The notes under the pieces are model-generated. The model made no database searches. It was not told the DNA's origin and saw only the letters and a program-made list of their open reading frames with translations. Made by a program: the position numbers and the translations under genes. A stretch of DNA of 63,866 nucleotides, counting the filler, from Licmophora abbreviata (Eukaryota), in the NCBI GenBank assembly GCA_900291995.1. It is 11 parts of 11 records of this genome, joined end to end, with 100 filler letters (N's around TTAATTAATTAA, not from the genome) between each part and the next. Parts side by side here need not be neighbours in the genome. Positions count along the whole stretch, not along the records: positions 1 to 3,508 come from OLMU01000861.1; positions 3,609 to 5,455 come from OLMU01000863.1; positions 5,556 to 18,889 come from OLMU01000864.1; 8 more parts are not named here. One strand, 5' to 3'. This document shows positions 1-11,253 of the stretch, piece after piece. How positions within the stretch are numbered: position 1 is the stretch's first letter; every line of letters begins with the position of its first letter.

Positions 1-167
1 GATAAATATACCTCTCATGTCTACAGAGACATCAGTAGAGATTCTACATCCAATGATTCGCTAAAAGTCAGGGTTCGCATTAGGGTTCGCTAAGTACAAG
101 CAATACTCCAGTCTACACATCGTCCGCCTCCGCACTCGGCACTTTCGACCTCCCCGGCCGACCGACC

Positions 168-1196
168 ATGGTGATGATGACGATGACGAAGGCTCTTCTT
201 CTCGTTGCTTGCTTGACGGCATTTGCCGACGCCCGGACGACTGTAGCTGTTGTCGAATTGGGAAAGAGCGGAACAGTCCGCCGTACAACCTCGAAAAACT
301 CTCGCACGACTGTCGCTGGTGTCGCTTCCTTTTGGTCGTCGCTCCACGGATCTAAGAGCACAAACTCGTTTGCCCATACAGGACACACCGTCGTGCCCGA
401 TTTATTTACCAAAGCCGACAGTGGTGTAGTATTGGAATTGTCGAATGTCGACTTGGCCGTCATGCCGACGGTGCACAATTTGGTGGAAGATCACGACCGT
501 GTGGTGGGTCACTTGGACCTAGAGGGCGCCCTCGGCCGTCCTCTGCTGAACAAGGTTGGCATTGCCGAAGAGGCTACAGTCAGCTCGCTTCACACCGTGG
601 CTCGCGCAAAATCTCAAAAGGAGGGACTTTCGGCCATGCGCCTGCGTGTCAACGAAGATAATGCATCGGAAGTGGATACCAATGTGGCGTCGCTCCTACA
701 GACGCTCCACAAGGAAGCTCTCGAACAGGATCGGACTATTGTTTTGCACATTGTTGTGGAAGAGGAAGAGGGTGCCTCTCGTCGCGGTGCTGCAATTCGG
801 CGTCGTCTCGAAGAAGAGGGAGACAGAGAAGGGGAGGAAGGAGAAGGAGAAGAAGGAAATGGTATGTGTAAATATATCCCATGAGCTGGGGCTCAATGTT
901 TGGTAACTGGTCGTGGCTAACTCGTTCTTTGTACTAATCTCATTGCAGCGAGCGGAGACAACACGGAAGACGGAGAAGGAAAGAACGGCTACTATGGATA
1001 CGGATACTACAACTCCTACGGCGAGTGGGTGACTCCGTATAAGACCATGTTTCAGATTCAGTATTTCAACGTGGTGCTCTGGACTGCGATCGTTCTGTTC
1101 CTCGTGCTGTCGTTTGCCATTTATCTTGTCATCCATATGCCACTCGAAGCGGATACGCTCTTGTTTGGGGAGTCTGCAAAGATGATGAGTGACTAG
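168..1196 (+). CDS. V-ATPase accessory protein, ATP6AP2/renin-receptor-like type I membrane protein (intron 862-948)
   Basis: Signal peptide (ALLLVACLTAFADA). The spliced C-terminus QYFNVVLWTAIVLFLVLSFAIYLVIHMPLEADTLLF resembles the ATP6AP2 FN.VLW-TM-MDPGYDSII tail. Basic RRRL site before an acidic stretch. Confidence 0.65.
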
Positions 1197-1577
1197 GATA
1201 ATAAGCACGTTGTGATTTTTGGACTCTGATTAGTGATGCGATGATATGATGATAGAACCATCATACAGTTAGTCGATCTCTAGGACAATGGCTAGATCGT
1301 TGAAGTTGTCGACCATGGGCAGTCGGTAGAGGAGACTCTGGTCTACCTAAAGCGAAAACGGACAACTTCGGTACCATTTCCAAGTCGTCTTCGACACACT
1401 ATCGTAGGACGAGGTCTGAGAGCCAAAAATCTTCGTAGATTCAGTACTATTCTAATCGTACCGGCATAGGCATACAGCGTGGCACAGACCGCAGACAGGC
1501 GAGACAATGTTCAACGTGACGATGATGACGCAGTTCTTTCTCGAACTTGTGAATGTTGCATCGGCCAGTTTCATATA

Positions 1578-3293
1578 ATGACAGACAGCGCCCCTGAATT
1601 TGTGTTGCCCGATACCGCCATGTTGGAACAGAGCTCATTGTTATCGAGCGAAGAGAGGATTCAGGAAGACGTGGTGGCGCGATTCGCGTCGCTGCTCTCG
1701 ACGACCAGTAGCAGCAGAAGCATAGTGAACTGTCTTTCCGCAGAAATATCTTCCGACGACGTAGTCTGTGCACTGCCGTCCTTGGATATGCAGTCGGTGG
1801 CGAGTGACGCAGCCTCGCCACTGCCCAAAGTAGGAGAGCATAGAGAAAGGTCGCCGTCGTCTGCCACTGTACCGGAAATGAAGGCTTCTATTTTGGGCTT
1901 GACCAAATCGAGTAGCGCTGCGGCAGCGAAAGAACAGGAAGAAAAGGCAGCTCAGCTCCTATCGTCTCCCACGTCATGGACAAGATCATCGCTCGTATAC
2001 GCCGCCGATGCTGCTTTGAGGAATGTATCGGACTCCTTTCAAGCTCTGGTCGACTCGCGTGTCCGCGCTTGGACCTTGCTGCTACTCAAGCATTCGCTCA
2101 CTACCGGTAACACGACGAGTCGGAAGCGCTTGTTGGGAATGCTATCGTTCAAAAATAAGATGAAATCGTGCAAAGATTCTTTTACGACATTGCCGCTACC
2201 GGATGCGGCGCGAGGGCAGCCGAAAGATGCAGATGTCATCCTACCTCTGTTATTTCAAGCGAACCTGGAACTTGTCATGAACGAAACTGTCGAACCCATC
2301 ACGTTTCAAGCCCCCGGAACAATATCAGGTATGGGCATTGTTGCGTCGTGCACATGTGGTGTCGCTCTCTCCTGTGTCTCTAATTCCGTCTCGCATTCGT
2401 TCGCTTACTGTTGCACAGGTGACTTTTCCAGAGATGAAGGCACGCCCGGACTAACAAGGGTCGACATCCGATTAGACTGCTCTGCTCTGCTAGAATCCAT
2501 GGTTGAACAGGCACGTCTAGTTGTCTTCCGAGCGGTAGCCCGTGCAACATCAAGCTTAGCAAGTCCGCGTCCAGCCGCTAATGGACCGAATACTCCGTCG
2601 CCACAGGCTTCGAAAACGACGGGTTCCTTTACCGCTGCGCTGAGTCTTTCGGAAGATACCACTGCGGCTTCGCCTTCGTTGCAGAAAGCTCGATCCTCAG
2701 CCTTGCGTCTCAACACCATCTTGGAGGGAACAACACAAACGAAGGCGGTAGCAGCTAACGACATATTATCGCCGCTGGTTCACAAGACTCCCGGTAAGAG
2801 TCGTTCCGTAACATGGAACCCAAGCGTTGCTGTGGAAAAGGGACCTACCGCATCCAGAGGGAAGGTACCTTCACCGAAACGGCAACGAATGGGGAGCGGG
2901 AAACTCCGCAGTATGAAGTCTTTCGGTCGAGCTCACGCCGGTGATGATGGCTATGACGGACGGAATGCCACGTTTGGTGATTTTGGCCGCACGCCTTTGG
3001 CAGCTGGACCTGTGTGGGACAAGGACGGTCGTCTGAAGAATCATCCTCTTCCAGGCGGCGGTCTTACGGCTTCGCATACCTTCATGGATCCGACCGAATC
3101 CAGCAATGCCAAAAATGCAACCTTTGATTTACACCGCCCAGCGCGACCTCCAAGGTCTGCCGCCGTGGAATCGTTTCTGAATCCACCCTCGGGCTCACCA
3201 GGGACAAATACCTCCTTGCCTAGAACGGCAACGGCGCTTGAAAACTGGCTCGTGAATGCTACCAAGGGAGGTGTGGAAAATAGTGCTCTGTAA
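1578..3293 (+). CDS. Hypothetical protein; in-frame 90-nt intron 2329-2418
   Basis: Long ORF. GTATGG...GCACAG intron removes a Cys-rich, non-coding-looking segment. First ATG taken at 1578. Confidence 0.7.
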   Translation: MTDSAPEFVLPDTAMLEQSSLLSSEERIQEDVVARFASLLSTTSSSRSIVNCLSAEISSDDVVCALPSLDMQSVASDAASPLPKVGEHRERSPSSATVPEMKASILGLTKSSSAAAAKEQEEKAAQLLSSPTSWTRSSLVYAADAALRNVSDSFQALVDSRVRAWTLLLLKHSLTTGNTTSRKRLLGMLSFKNKMKSCKDSFTTLPLPDAARGQPKDADVILPLLFQANLELVMNETVEPITFQAPGTISGMGIVASCTCGVALSCVSNSVSHSFAYCCTGDFSRDEGTPGLTRVDIRLDCSALLESMVEQARLVVFRAVARATSSLASPRPAANGPNTPSPQASKTTGSFTAALSLSEDTTAASPSLQKARSSALRLNTILEGTTQTKAVAANDILSPLVHKTPGKSRSVTWNPSVAVEKGPTASRGKVPSPKRQRMGSGKLRSMKSFGRAHAGDDGYDGRNATFGDFGRTPLAAGPVWDKDGRLKNHPLPGGGLTASHTFMDPTESSNAKNATFDLHRPARPPRSAAVESFLNPPSGSPGTNTSLPRTATALENWLVNATKGGVENSAL

Positions 3294-3508
3294 GAGTTTC
3301 TTTTGGGACCGCTCTTTCGTTACTTTAGTAACAGAGTGGGCCACAGACCTGGAACTAGCGCATCGCAAAACTTCAGTGTTCAACACGTGAGATGATGGCA
3401 CAATTGCCTAGCGGTTTCGAACCTCGAAAGGCTACAACTCATCTGCCATACATCGCCCTAGAGTATTGTAGAAACTTTAACGTCACCGGTTACGATGTCG
3501 ACGTTCAG

Positions 3509-3608
3509 NNNNNNNNNNNNNNNNNNNNNNNNNNNNNNNNNNNNNNNNNNNNTTAATTAATTAANNNNNNNNNNNNNNNNNNNNNNNNNNNNNNNNNNNN
3601 NNNNNNNN
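3509..3608. other. Artificial scaffold spacer (also at 5456, 18890, 22387, 24531, 30948, 42137, 46599, 51696, 62553)
   Basis: Identical N44-TTAATTAATTAA-N44 linker with stop codons in all six frames. Confidence 0.97.
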
Positions 3609-4534
3609 CGATACGGGCGATAGATGGCGACTACACATGGTTTTCCAGGCCTGAGAAGTCAAGTCGCCCATTCTCATTCTCTGCTCAGCCGCACTACAGA
3701 GCGCACACCCTCCAGTAGTCCACTCTTGACCTCGTCTTCTGCAATCACCGCTCTTCGCGGTTCATGACCAACGAGTCCCATTCTCGTCAATTGCAAAACA
3801 TTCGTGATTCCAGAGTCCCGCAACATTCTTTCTTACCAATTTGGCCGGAGAAGCATGAGGACTTCCCAGCATCATTTGATCCTGTGCAGAAAGCCTGCTA
3901 CTGATGTCGTGCTGGAAATCTTGCGGCGGGTTCATGGTCAACAGAGGAGGGTAAACGCAAGACAAAGTTCTGTCGACGTGTTGTGCTGTTTGTGTCGCGC
4001 TGTGCTTTGAGCGACCGAAACATTGGAAGATTCGTTACTGCAGCTCGCGTAGGATCCTACGTCGTAACGAATTCTTCAACAGGATAATTCTGCTCCTTAT
4101 GCATGTATATGTTTATAGAGCGGCGCGCCAAATGTTTGTGAAGCGCGAGCTCGCGATGAACTTGTTTGAGAAACGGAAGAGCGAAAGCAATCTCGAGGGG
4201 TTGATGGTGTTGGATCTCGTGCGCTTCTTAAGGCGTGTCCTCAACGTGAGTCACCACACCACAGTCCACGCGCTTGGTCGATGGTGTGCCATGACCTAGC
4301 AGCCATGCTTGTCAAGCTCAAGTTCTAGAAAGGCGGAGAAGTGCAACAAAGGATGCCAGAATGCACATATGCTAAAAGAGAAATAGCCGCACGCGCTGAC
4401 GAGAGTAATGCTTGTGCTCATCAATAAGAAGAGGGGAAATGGACCGTAAGTTGTAGAAGCTAGTAAAGTTTGTTTAGCATGAATACGTGGCAGTCTAGAG
4501 TAGCGACGCCCAAAGACAACCAATGCTCCTCTCC

Positions 4535-5455
4535 TCATTTGACCAAGCCTTCCAACAAGACATATGCCACCAGAATAATACTGAAATAGCACAAAACATT
4601 GATCAGAACCACGAAGATTTTGAAAAAGATCATGTTGCCCACTCCAATCCCAGTCCCAGTCCACGGACAAAGGTGATCGTAATCTTGAATCATGACCCCG
4701 CACTCACGACAGTACAAGGCCCCCGGCGGTCGAAAGCTTCCGACTTGTTCATTCCAGTACCAGCCCCCTTCTCCAGCTTCTTCGTCTGTGACTCTTTCCA
4801 TCAGACCAGGATCTCGACAGCCAACACAGAACAGAGCGGTCAACACAAGTCCAACAACTGCATAGTAAATGTACCCGACCCAGTCCGGCTAAGAACAAGA
4901 GAGAACTCTGTAACGTCGGTACGGCTTCATTACAAAACACAGCTCATGCATCCTTCACACTTAACTTACCAGCGTATCATCGTCGATAATCAAAAAGTAT
5001 ATGACCAGTGCTGAGATGGTCAGGACCAAAGGGAGCGTGACGCCCATGCAGAAGGGCCAACAAGGACCTGCAATGACGATCGGCGATCCATCGGGCCATT
5101 CCAGAATCACAAACATGTTTCCTACTCGCTTGGCACAGCAACAAAGATATCGGTTGAAGTCGTTGGGTAGGCCGTGTTCCGCTACTTGACGTTCCCATCG
5201 CGTAGACACGGCAAATCTGGAGTATCAGGCCAGAAAAAGGTAAACTGTGAGCAAAAGGTTTCTCTCTACAAAGCAATTATTTATGCCTGTACGTACTCTT
5301 TCTTTTGTCTCCGTCCTCGAGAGACACTGCTGGATGCTTCTTCACTGCCTGCCGTAGGGGTAGTTGCTTCGGCTTCGAATTGTTCGAACTCTAGCGGTTC
5401 TTCGTTCTCGCTGTCGGAATCCTCAAATTCGATCGCTTTATCCGAGTCCGACCTA
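4535..5455 (-). CDS. DHHC-family palmitoyltransferase (multi-exon, 5' end lost in gap)
   Basis: DPG motif, RPPGALYCRECGVMIQDYDHLCPWTGTGIGVGNMIFF cysteine-rich domain, upstream GPCWP + TM segments. Confidence 0.85.
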
Positions 5456-5596
5456 NNNNNNNNNNNNNNNNNNNNNNNNNNNNNNNNNNNNNNNNNNNNT
5501 TAATTAATTAANNNNNNNNNNNNNNNNNNNNNNNNNNNNNNNNNNNNNNNNNNNNGCCCCGTTACAAAATCGAATCCAGGATGTTGTGTTGTGGCC

Positions 5597-7249
5597 ATGA
5601 AGTTTTGCAAGAATTTACAGCGTGTCGTCGACATTTCCGACCCAGAATGGGCTCCATATTGGACCAACTACAAGATGCTCAAGGTAAGGGAAAGAATGAG
5701 GTCGATGGAGAGACGAATTCTCTCGATGTTTGTCATGGGTGGAGCACGTGGACATGGCGATACGCAGAGCTTCCGTCTGCCTCAGTATTCCATAATTGAG
5801 AACCTAGCTCGCGATGAATCTTTGGTCATTTGCATAAGAGATGTTTGTCGTACATAGTGCTCGTCGGACAGTGAAACTTCATGTCATTTAAGGACGTGAC
5901 GAGATATGACGTATTTTCGATGCCTTCTGACGTTTTGGTCGCAAGGACCGAATCTTCGAATCTTTGACGACGGCCGAACTGAGATATTTGCGTTCGTTCT
6001 TTTACGATGTGCTGATGGTTGTTCTTGTCTTTTTTTGCGAGCTGCATCGATGACCGAATCGAATCTTTGAGGTTTTGTCATCTCACATCTCGCGAACTCT
6101 GTTTCTCGGATTTATTTTGTGATTTTTGTAATGCAGAAGCTTATCAAGGAGCTACCGTCATTAGTTCCCTTGGATGAGCATGGTATGAAGGACCCAGGAC
6201 TGGCGCAGCGTACCCGTGCCGCCTCTAAAGAACGCGTTGAATCTCCTCTATCGATAGATTCTGCATCCGTGGCATCGGGTGCCGCGAATCGGCAACAGCA
6301 TGGCGATAAGACTACGGAAGAATCCAATCGACACGCCGATGCCGAGCCGTCGTCAGCCGTGGTGGCCGAGCCGGACGAGTCCGATGCGGCACCTGTAGTA
6401 GCTCCGCAACATGACGAGAATGCGTCTAGTGCTGACTTGATGGAACTATCGAAGAAGCCTCAAGATAAGATTGGAGAGAGTCCTGGGGAAGTTGCGTTCT
6501 TCAAGCTGCTTCACGCGGAGTTTAAAAAGGCTGAGCGTTTCTTTGAGAAGGCACAGCAGGAGTTTGTCATTCGAGAAGAGCGCGTACGTGAAGGAATGGA
6601 TATTATGAGACAGCCGAACTCGATAATGGTCAGTGAAAAGTGGTCTCTATTGGCCAAGAGTCTATATCGATTGTACAAGGACCTGTTGTTGCTCGAGACG
6701 TTTGCTATCATGACCTACTGTGCCTTTTCCAAGATATTGAAAAAGCACGACAAGGTGACGCGGTACAACACACGCAGCGCCTTTATGGCCAATATTGTCA
6801 ACAAGGCGAACTTTACGAACTATCCCGTGGTACTGCAGATGATTGATCGTTGCGAACGCGCATATGAGGAAGTATCGGAAAATCTGGTGCGAGAGGGCAA
6901 GCATGATCTATACGAAGACGAACGACTCTTCATTAATATGATTCACCGATTGAATGAGCAAGTGCTCGATACGGCCGAGGGTGAAGGGGCTCTGGAACGA
7001 AAAGAATCTCGTCGAGTGGCTGTGGCGTCAAGAGCGGGAGGTGCATTGATGTCCACGTCTGGCGAGAGTAGGGCGACGTCTTCACTTCGTTCTCTGGTTG
7101 AGGAGAACGATGCCAAGCTTGCTGCTGCAAACATTTCCGAGAGCCAGACCTGCGACGACGACGATGATTGTGATGCGGGGATGGAGCGCAAGCGAAAAGC
7201 AGAATCACATGTCGTGCCAGGTGAAGGCAGGAAGCGAAAGTCGAGATAA
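5597..7249 (+). CDS. SPX-domain-only protein (phosphate/inositol-pyrophosphate sensor); intron 5684-6136
   Basis: MKFCKNL...PEWAPYWTNYKMLK|KLIK N-terminus, FFKLLHAEFKKAERFF and FSKILKKHDK are SPX signature motifs. Confidence 0.9.
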
Positions 7250-7611
7250 CGGCCCATAGTGAAGTTGGCGTGGGCAATGCTAGATCTGAATACATGTTTT
7301 GTTTTTCCTCTTATATGGTGTGTTGGAACTCTCCGTGCGTACCCATGTTAGCAGGTGACTCTAGTGAAGTGACAGTGTGTCCTGTCTACACCGGCCAGCT
7401 CATATGGCTACCGTATTAGGGATAAGACATAAGACAGCACATCTAGCTCATAACCCCTATTTCATCGTGATGTGTCTGTTTCGAAAGATTCGTTTCAACA
7501 TCATCGAAAGATCGCGGACAGGTACAATAGAGTCAAAGCCCGAAGCGCAGGTGACGCTGCTCTATTCTATCCTTGCACACTACTTTGCATCAAATTACAG
7601 TGCCCTAGATC

Positions 7612-8292
7612 ATGTCTTGGCGCGATACGCTTTACGTTTGGGATGGCATCTTGGTGGCGGAAAAAGAGGACGACGCCGACAAGAAGATTCCGCTCAAGTG
7701 GGAAGGCACGTGGGTGGCAGTTGAAGGAGCAGATGCCCGCATGGTTGAGGCTCCTAAAAGAGGAGCCTTCGATGAGTTCGTTGAATCTGACATGCGCTTT
7801 GAGGTTTCAGGGGCTGCGAAAGAAATCGAATCTGAGGGCGAGGGCAAGTCGCCACCTTTCAAGTGCACCTTGACCACGGGCGCTGGGTGGGACATGGGAG
7901 AAGGAGACGAAAAGAAGAAACACCACGACGAGGAGCACGAGCTGCTCATGGTAAATCTCAAGTGGACAGGGGACCTGCAGGATCAGCGCAACAATCTTGT
8001 CTTTGCGCGCGGCAAGAACGCACATGGCTCCTTTGTTTCAGCCGGATGGACACGACCTGGAAATCGACTTACCCTAGCCCGACGCTACCTCGAAGACGGC
8101 GATGTGAGGGCAAACTGGGAGTTGGAAGAGCTTCGTGAAGCAGTGCTCGAAGAAATTCATAATACAGAGGGTAAGAAGCTTCGTATTCCGCCTTGGAAGT
8201 GTGAGACGCTTCATTCTCATCTTCAGACCAAGAAGCGTGCGCGTCATGACGATGATGAAGACCACGAAGCGAAAAAGGCCGCAAAGCAGTGA
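7612..8292 (+). CDS. Hypothetical protein (226 aa)
   Basis: Single-exon ATG ORF with protein-like composition and a basic C-terminal tail. Confidence 0.75.
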   Translation: MSWRDTLYVWDGILVAEKEDDADKKIPLKWEGTWVAVEGADARMVEAPKRGAFDEFVESDMRFEVSGAAKEIESEGEGKSPPFKCTLTTGAGWDMGEGDEKKKHHDEEHELLMVNLKWTGDLQDQRNNLVFARGKNAHGSFVSAGWTRPGNRLTLARRYLEDGDVRANWELEELREAVLEEIHNTEGKKLRIPPWKCETLHSHLQTKKRARHDDDEDHEAKKAAKQ

Positions 8293-8491
8293 TCTAGCCG
8301 TCGCTCGACAGAACTAGTACAATTTACAAGAAAACTAATGGACTATCAACCGAAAAATGATACCTAATAAGGTCAATCTAATGGGTCTACGAGTCTCTTT
8401 GTTTTTCGTCTGGAAGCTCATACGTGACGTGTGTGCACAGTATTTGACCCTTTCGTCTATTGCGAGTTTACAAGTCCAAATCAAAGCACAA

Positions 8492-9580
8492 TCATGAAAA
8501 TCGCTGTACACATTCGGGACATGCTCGCAACATGTGATAGATCACTTCCAAGTCACGGTCCGGACTGGCGTTGCCTCTCTCGGTCCTCAAGACCTTGTCA
8601 TTCGCCAGCCACCGGTCTACCGCCGAAAGTTGGAAGGGATATAGTCTCGTTACCGGATCCCTTACACGAATGGCACTTGGTTCCGCTTGTATGATTAGAT
8701 TGAGAGTGGCCCATGACTTTCCAGATGCAGCCGCCCAGTGTAGTGGCAGTCGCCCGCTTGAGTCAGTGCTTCGGGCTGCAAGCCGGTTGGAATTAAGGAG
8801 GAGCTGCATATTGCCAGTCGTCGCCTTGGGTGCGGCAGCAGCAACCGCTAGGGGAGAACGTCCCATTGAATCAAAAATCGTCGTGTCTTCCTCGTATGCA
8901 CCCAATGCAAACTGCAACATGCTTGTTGGGGTAGGACAAGCGGCGAGAGCGTGCAGTGGAAACTCCTGCATATCGAAAAAGTGATCCCCACAGCACGAGC
9001 ACGCCTTTGCTAGCAACAAGAGCCGTTTCCATGGATAAGACTTACACAGATCCGCTCGATTTGTTTGACCCACAAGACTTTCTTCGTGGCGATCCCATAA
9101 CAGCGACAATGGCGTCTGTCCCGACGTGTCTGCATGAGACCCGCCTTCAGGATACGACTGCACTAGCAGCTGCAAGATTTCAAAAGGGGCCGCCAGACGC
9201 ACAGCCCAATGCAATGGTAGCTCTCCTTCTTCGTTCGAGTACGAGGCAATTTCCGGGCAAGAAGAGTACAACATGGCCTCAACAATGACGGCAGGTGCCC
9301 GAAATAAAACAGCATGGTGCAAGGCCGTCTGTCCGGAACGATCCGTATACGTGCTCAGCTCATCGGGATGAAAGGCAACCCAACTCAAGACGACCTTCCA
9401 TTGCCGAGACGCGATCGGGTCGATATATCCGTGTGTTAGTTTTCCACGTAGTTGTACGGCATGGTGTTGCTGCGACTTGGCAGCGGCCGCCGTATTCTGT
9501 TCTTGGATTTCGCGCCAAATCGACTCGACATGCTCGTCTTGCAGCAGACTGGCGCCTCCGATTCCTTGAAGAGGCTCCAT
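8492..9580 (-). CDS. Ankyrin-repeat protein (start uncertain)
   Basis: Repeated DxxGxTALHHA / GELPLHWA / GQTPLSLL / GRSPLAVA / GRLPLHWA motifs. Confidence 0.85.
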   Translation of the reverse strand: MEPLQGIGGASLLQDEHVESIWREIQEQNTAAAAKSQQHHAVQLRGKLTHGYIDPIASRQWKVVLSWVAFHPDELSTYTDRSGQTALHHAVLFRAPAVIVEAMLYSSCPEIASYSNEEGELPLHWAVRLAAPFEILQLLVQSYPEGGSHADTSGQTPLSLLWDRHEESLVGQTNRADLCKSYPWKRLLLLAKACSCCGDHFFDMQEFPLHALAACPTPTSMLQFALGAYEEDTTIFDSMGRSPLAVAAAAPKATTGNMQLLLNSNRLAARSTDSSGRLPLHWAAASGKSWATLNLIIQAEPSAIRVRDPVTRLYPFQLSAVDRWLANDKVLRTERGNASPDRDLEVIYHMLRACPECVQRFS

Positions 9581-9872
9581 GAAGACTGCTTGGTATTTTG
9601 ATCGTGCTTCTCTTCTTCGGGAAGACCCCACTGAGACTGCATCCAATCTATTGCCCCATGTGATGTCTTGGAGTGCGATGTGTCTGCCGTCGTATTTTGT
9701 TCTTTTGGCGTGAACCGCGGCGCGCATTTCACGTTTTAAACAACTGAGGCATGCGGAATCTGGAATCTCCGAAATGACTCCAGAATCCACATTCGATTTG
9801 AGTCGAACGAGTCGATGTTGTCGGAAGCCACAAAACATTTTGCGGCGCACATCGTGATGACTCTCGTCGTGA

Positions 9873-10968
9873 GTGACCATGGCGATGACAATGATGCGGC
9901 CCGCTTCAATACTACTTCTGGCCCTTGCGGCTGCCACACCTGTCTGTGGTATGCCTTACTTCTTGATAACGAATTCTCGGCCAATGTGTTTTACTGTGGA
10001 AGGGCCACGCGAGACTTCTGTACTCATTCAATACTTTGCTCCAGGTAATAACTGAGCCGAGCAAGCTACTGCTGTATTGATCATCACTACCGTCTCACAA
10101 GACAAAGAAACTCGGAGACTCACTCTTTTCTCTCGTTTCGCATTTCCTAGATTTAACGGTACTTCCCGAGGACGATTCAGCGAAGTTGGATGCTCAAAAA
10201 CATAGGAAACGCAAAGATGTTGGAGGATACGCCGATGAAGAAGGACTCGACACGCGATTCAATCAGCGATACCGGTCAAACCTCGAGATGATAAAGAAGG
10301 CGGTATGTATGAATTTTGGCTGTATCTGGTTTCCTGTTTTCGCGCGTGTCTCGCTCACTCGTTTTTATTTTGGTTTATAGGGGCGAACCATGTCAGACAT
10401 GAGCATTGTCGTGCAACAACGTGGGGATACGGTCGGGGGTCTGTCGTCGCGGGAATGGCGACGCAGGGACAAACTCGATTCGACGACGTCGGAGACTGGC
10501 CGTATTAGGGAGGAGCTAAGTGAAGTGGAAGGTAGTTTCACATTTACGACTGGAAGGTTTGACGGGCCTATCGAAATGTGTTTTCAAAGCATGAGCGCGT
10601 CGGTCAATGCGGCAGTACGACTTGCGGTCAATGTGACGCAACAAGTAGAGGAGAACGCATCGTGGCAGCAACAGAAGCAAAGATTAAAAGATTCTCTATC
10701 GTCGACAGATGAGGAGGGCGTGCGCAAGGCCAAGGTAGAATTTTCGCGTATGGCGGGCGATTTGAAAGGACTCGAGCGAAAAATACAGCTCATGCTGTCC
10801 AACGCGGATTATTCCAAAGAGCAGGAAATCAATTTTCATGAACAGTCGGTCGCAATGAATCGAGCAAGCCAGTATTGGCCCATGATTCACGTGGCAGTGT
10901 TGCTGCTGACCGGGTTCACGCAAGCAAATCATATTGTGCGATTCTTCAAGAGTCGACACATCTTTTAA
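9873..10968 (+). CDS. p24/emp24/gp25L GOLD-domain cargo receptor (introns 10045-10150, 10303-10380)
   Basis: Signal peptide, CFTVE...GSFTFT...MCF GOLD motif, coiled coil, C-terminal TM and QANHIVRFFKSRHIF tail. Confidence 0.85.
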
Positions 10969-11253
10969 GCGACACGTACCCACAAGAGATCACAGGAAGC
11001 ATGGCACCGCCGTCTATTTTAGGGCTTTCAGGCCGCTAGTCTTGCCGAACATTGATGCATGTGACACGCGAAGCCTACGTTACTAGAAATAAAAGCACGA
11101 TTGCTTGGCAAAGCGTCCCTGTGTGAACAGCAGAATACGAAGCTTTTAAACTCCTAGGAACATGTAATCGCGTCTCATGCTGTTGCTGCTTGTCGGACTA
11201 GGACGGAAACCTCGACTAGATCTAACATGTTATCGCGTCACAAGCGCGTGGAT

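Noticed and set aside
68..90. AGGGTTCGC direct repeat (telo-box-like)
   Set aside because: Only two short copies; not a telomeric array.
3553..3564. Recurring TTAATTAATTAA as a repeat or CRISPR-like element
   Set aside because: Always centred in 100-nt N spacers; an artificial linker.
3420..3940. Possible fragmented minus-strand gene spanning the first gap
   Set aside because: Short frames, needs a frameshift, no recognisable motif.
9580..9937. N-terminal extension of the ankyrin ORF overlapping the p24 gene
   Set aside because: Likely in-frame read-through of a short divergent promoter, with no domain signal.
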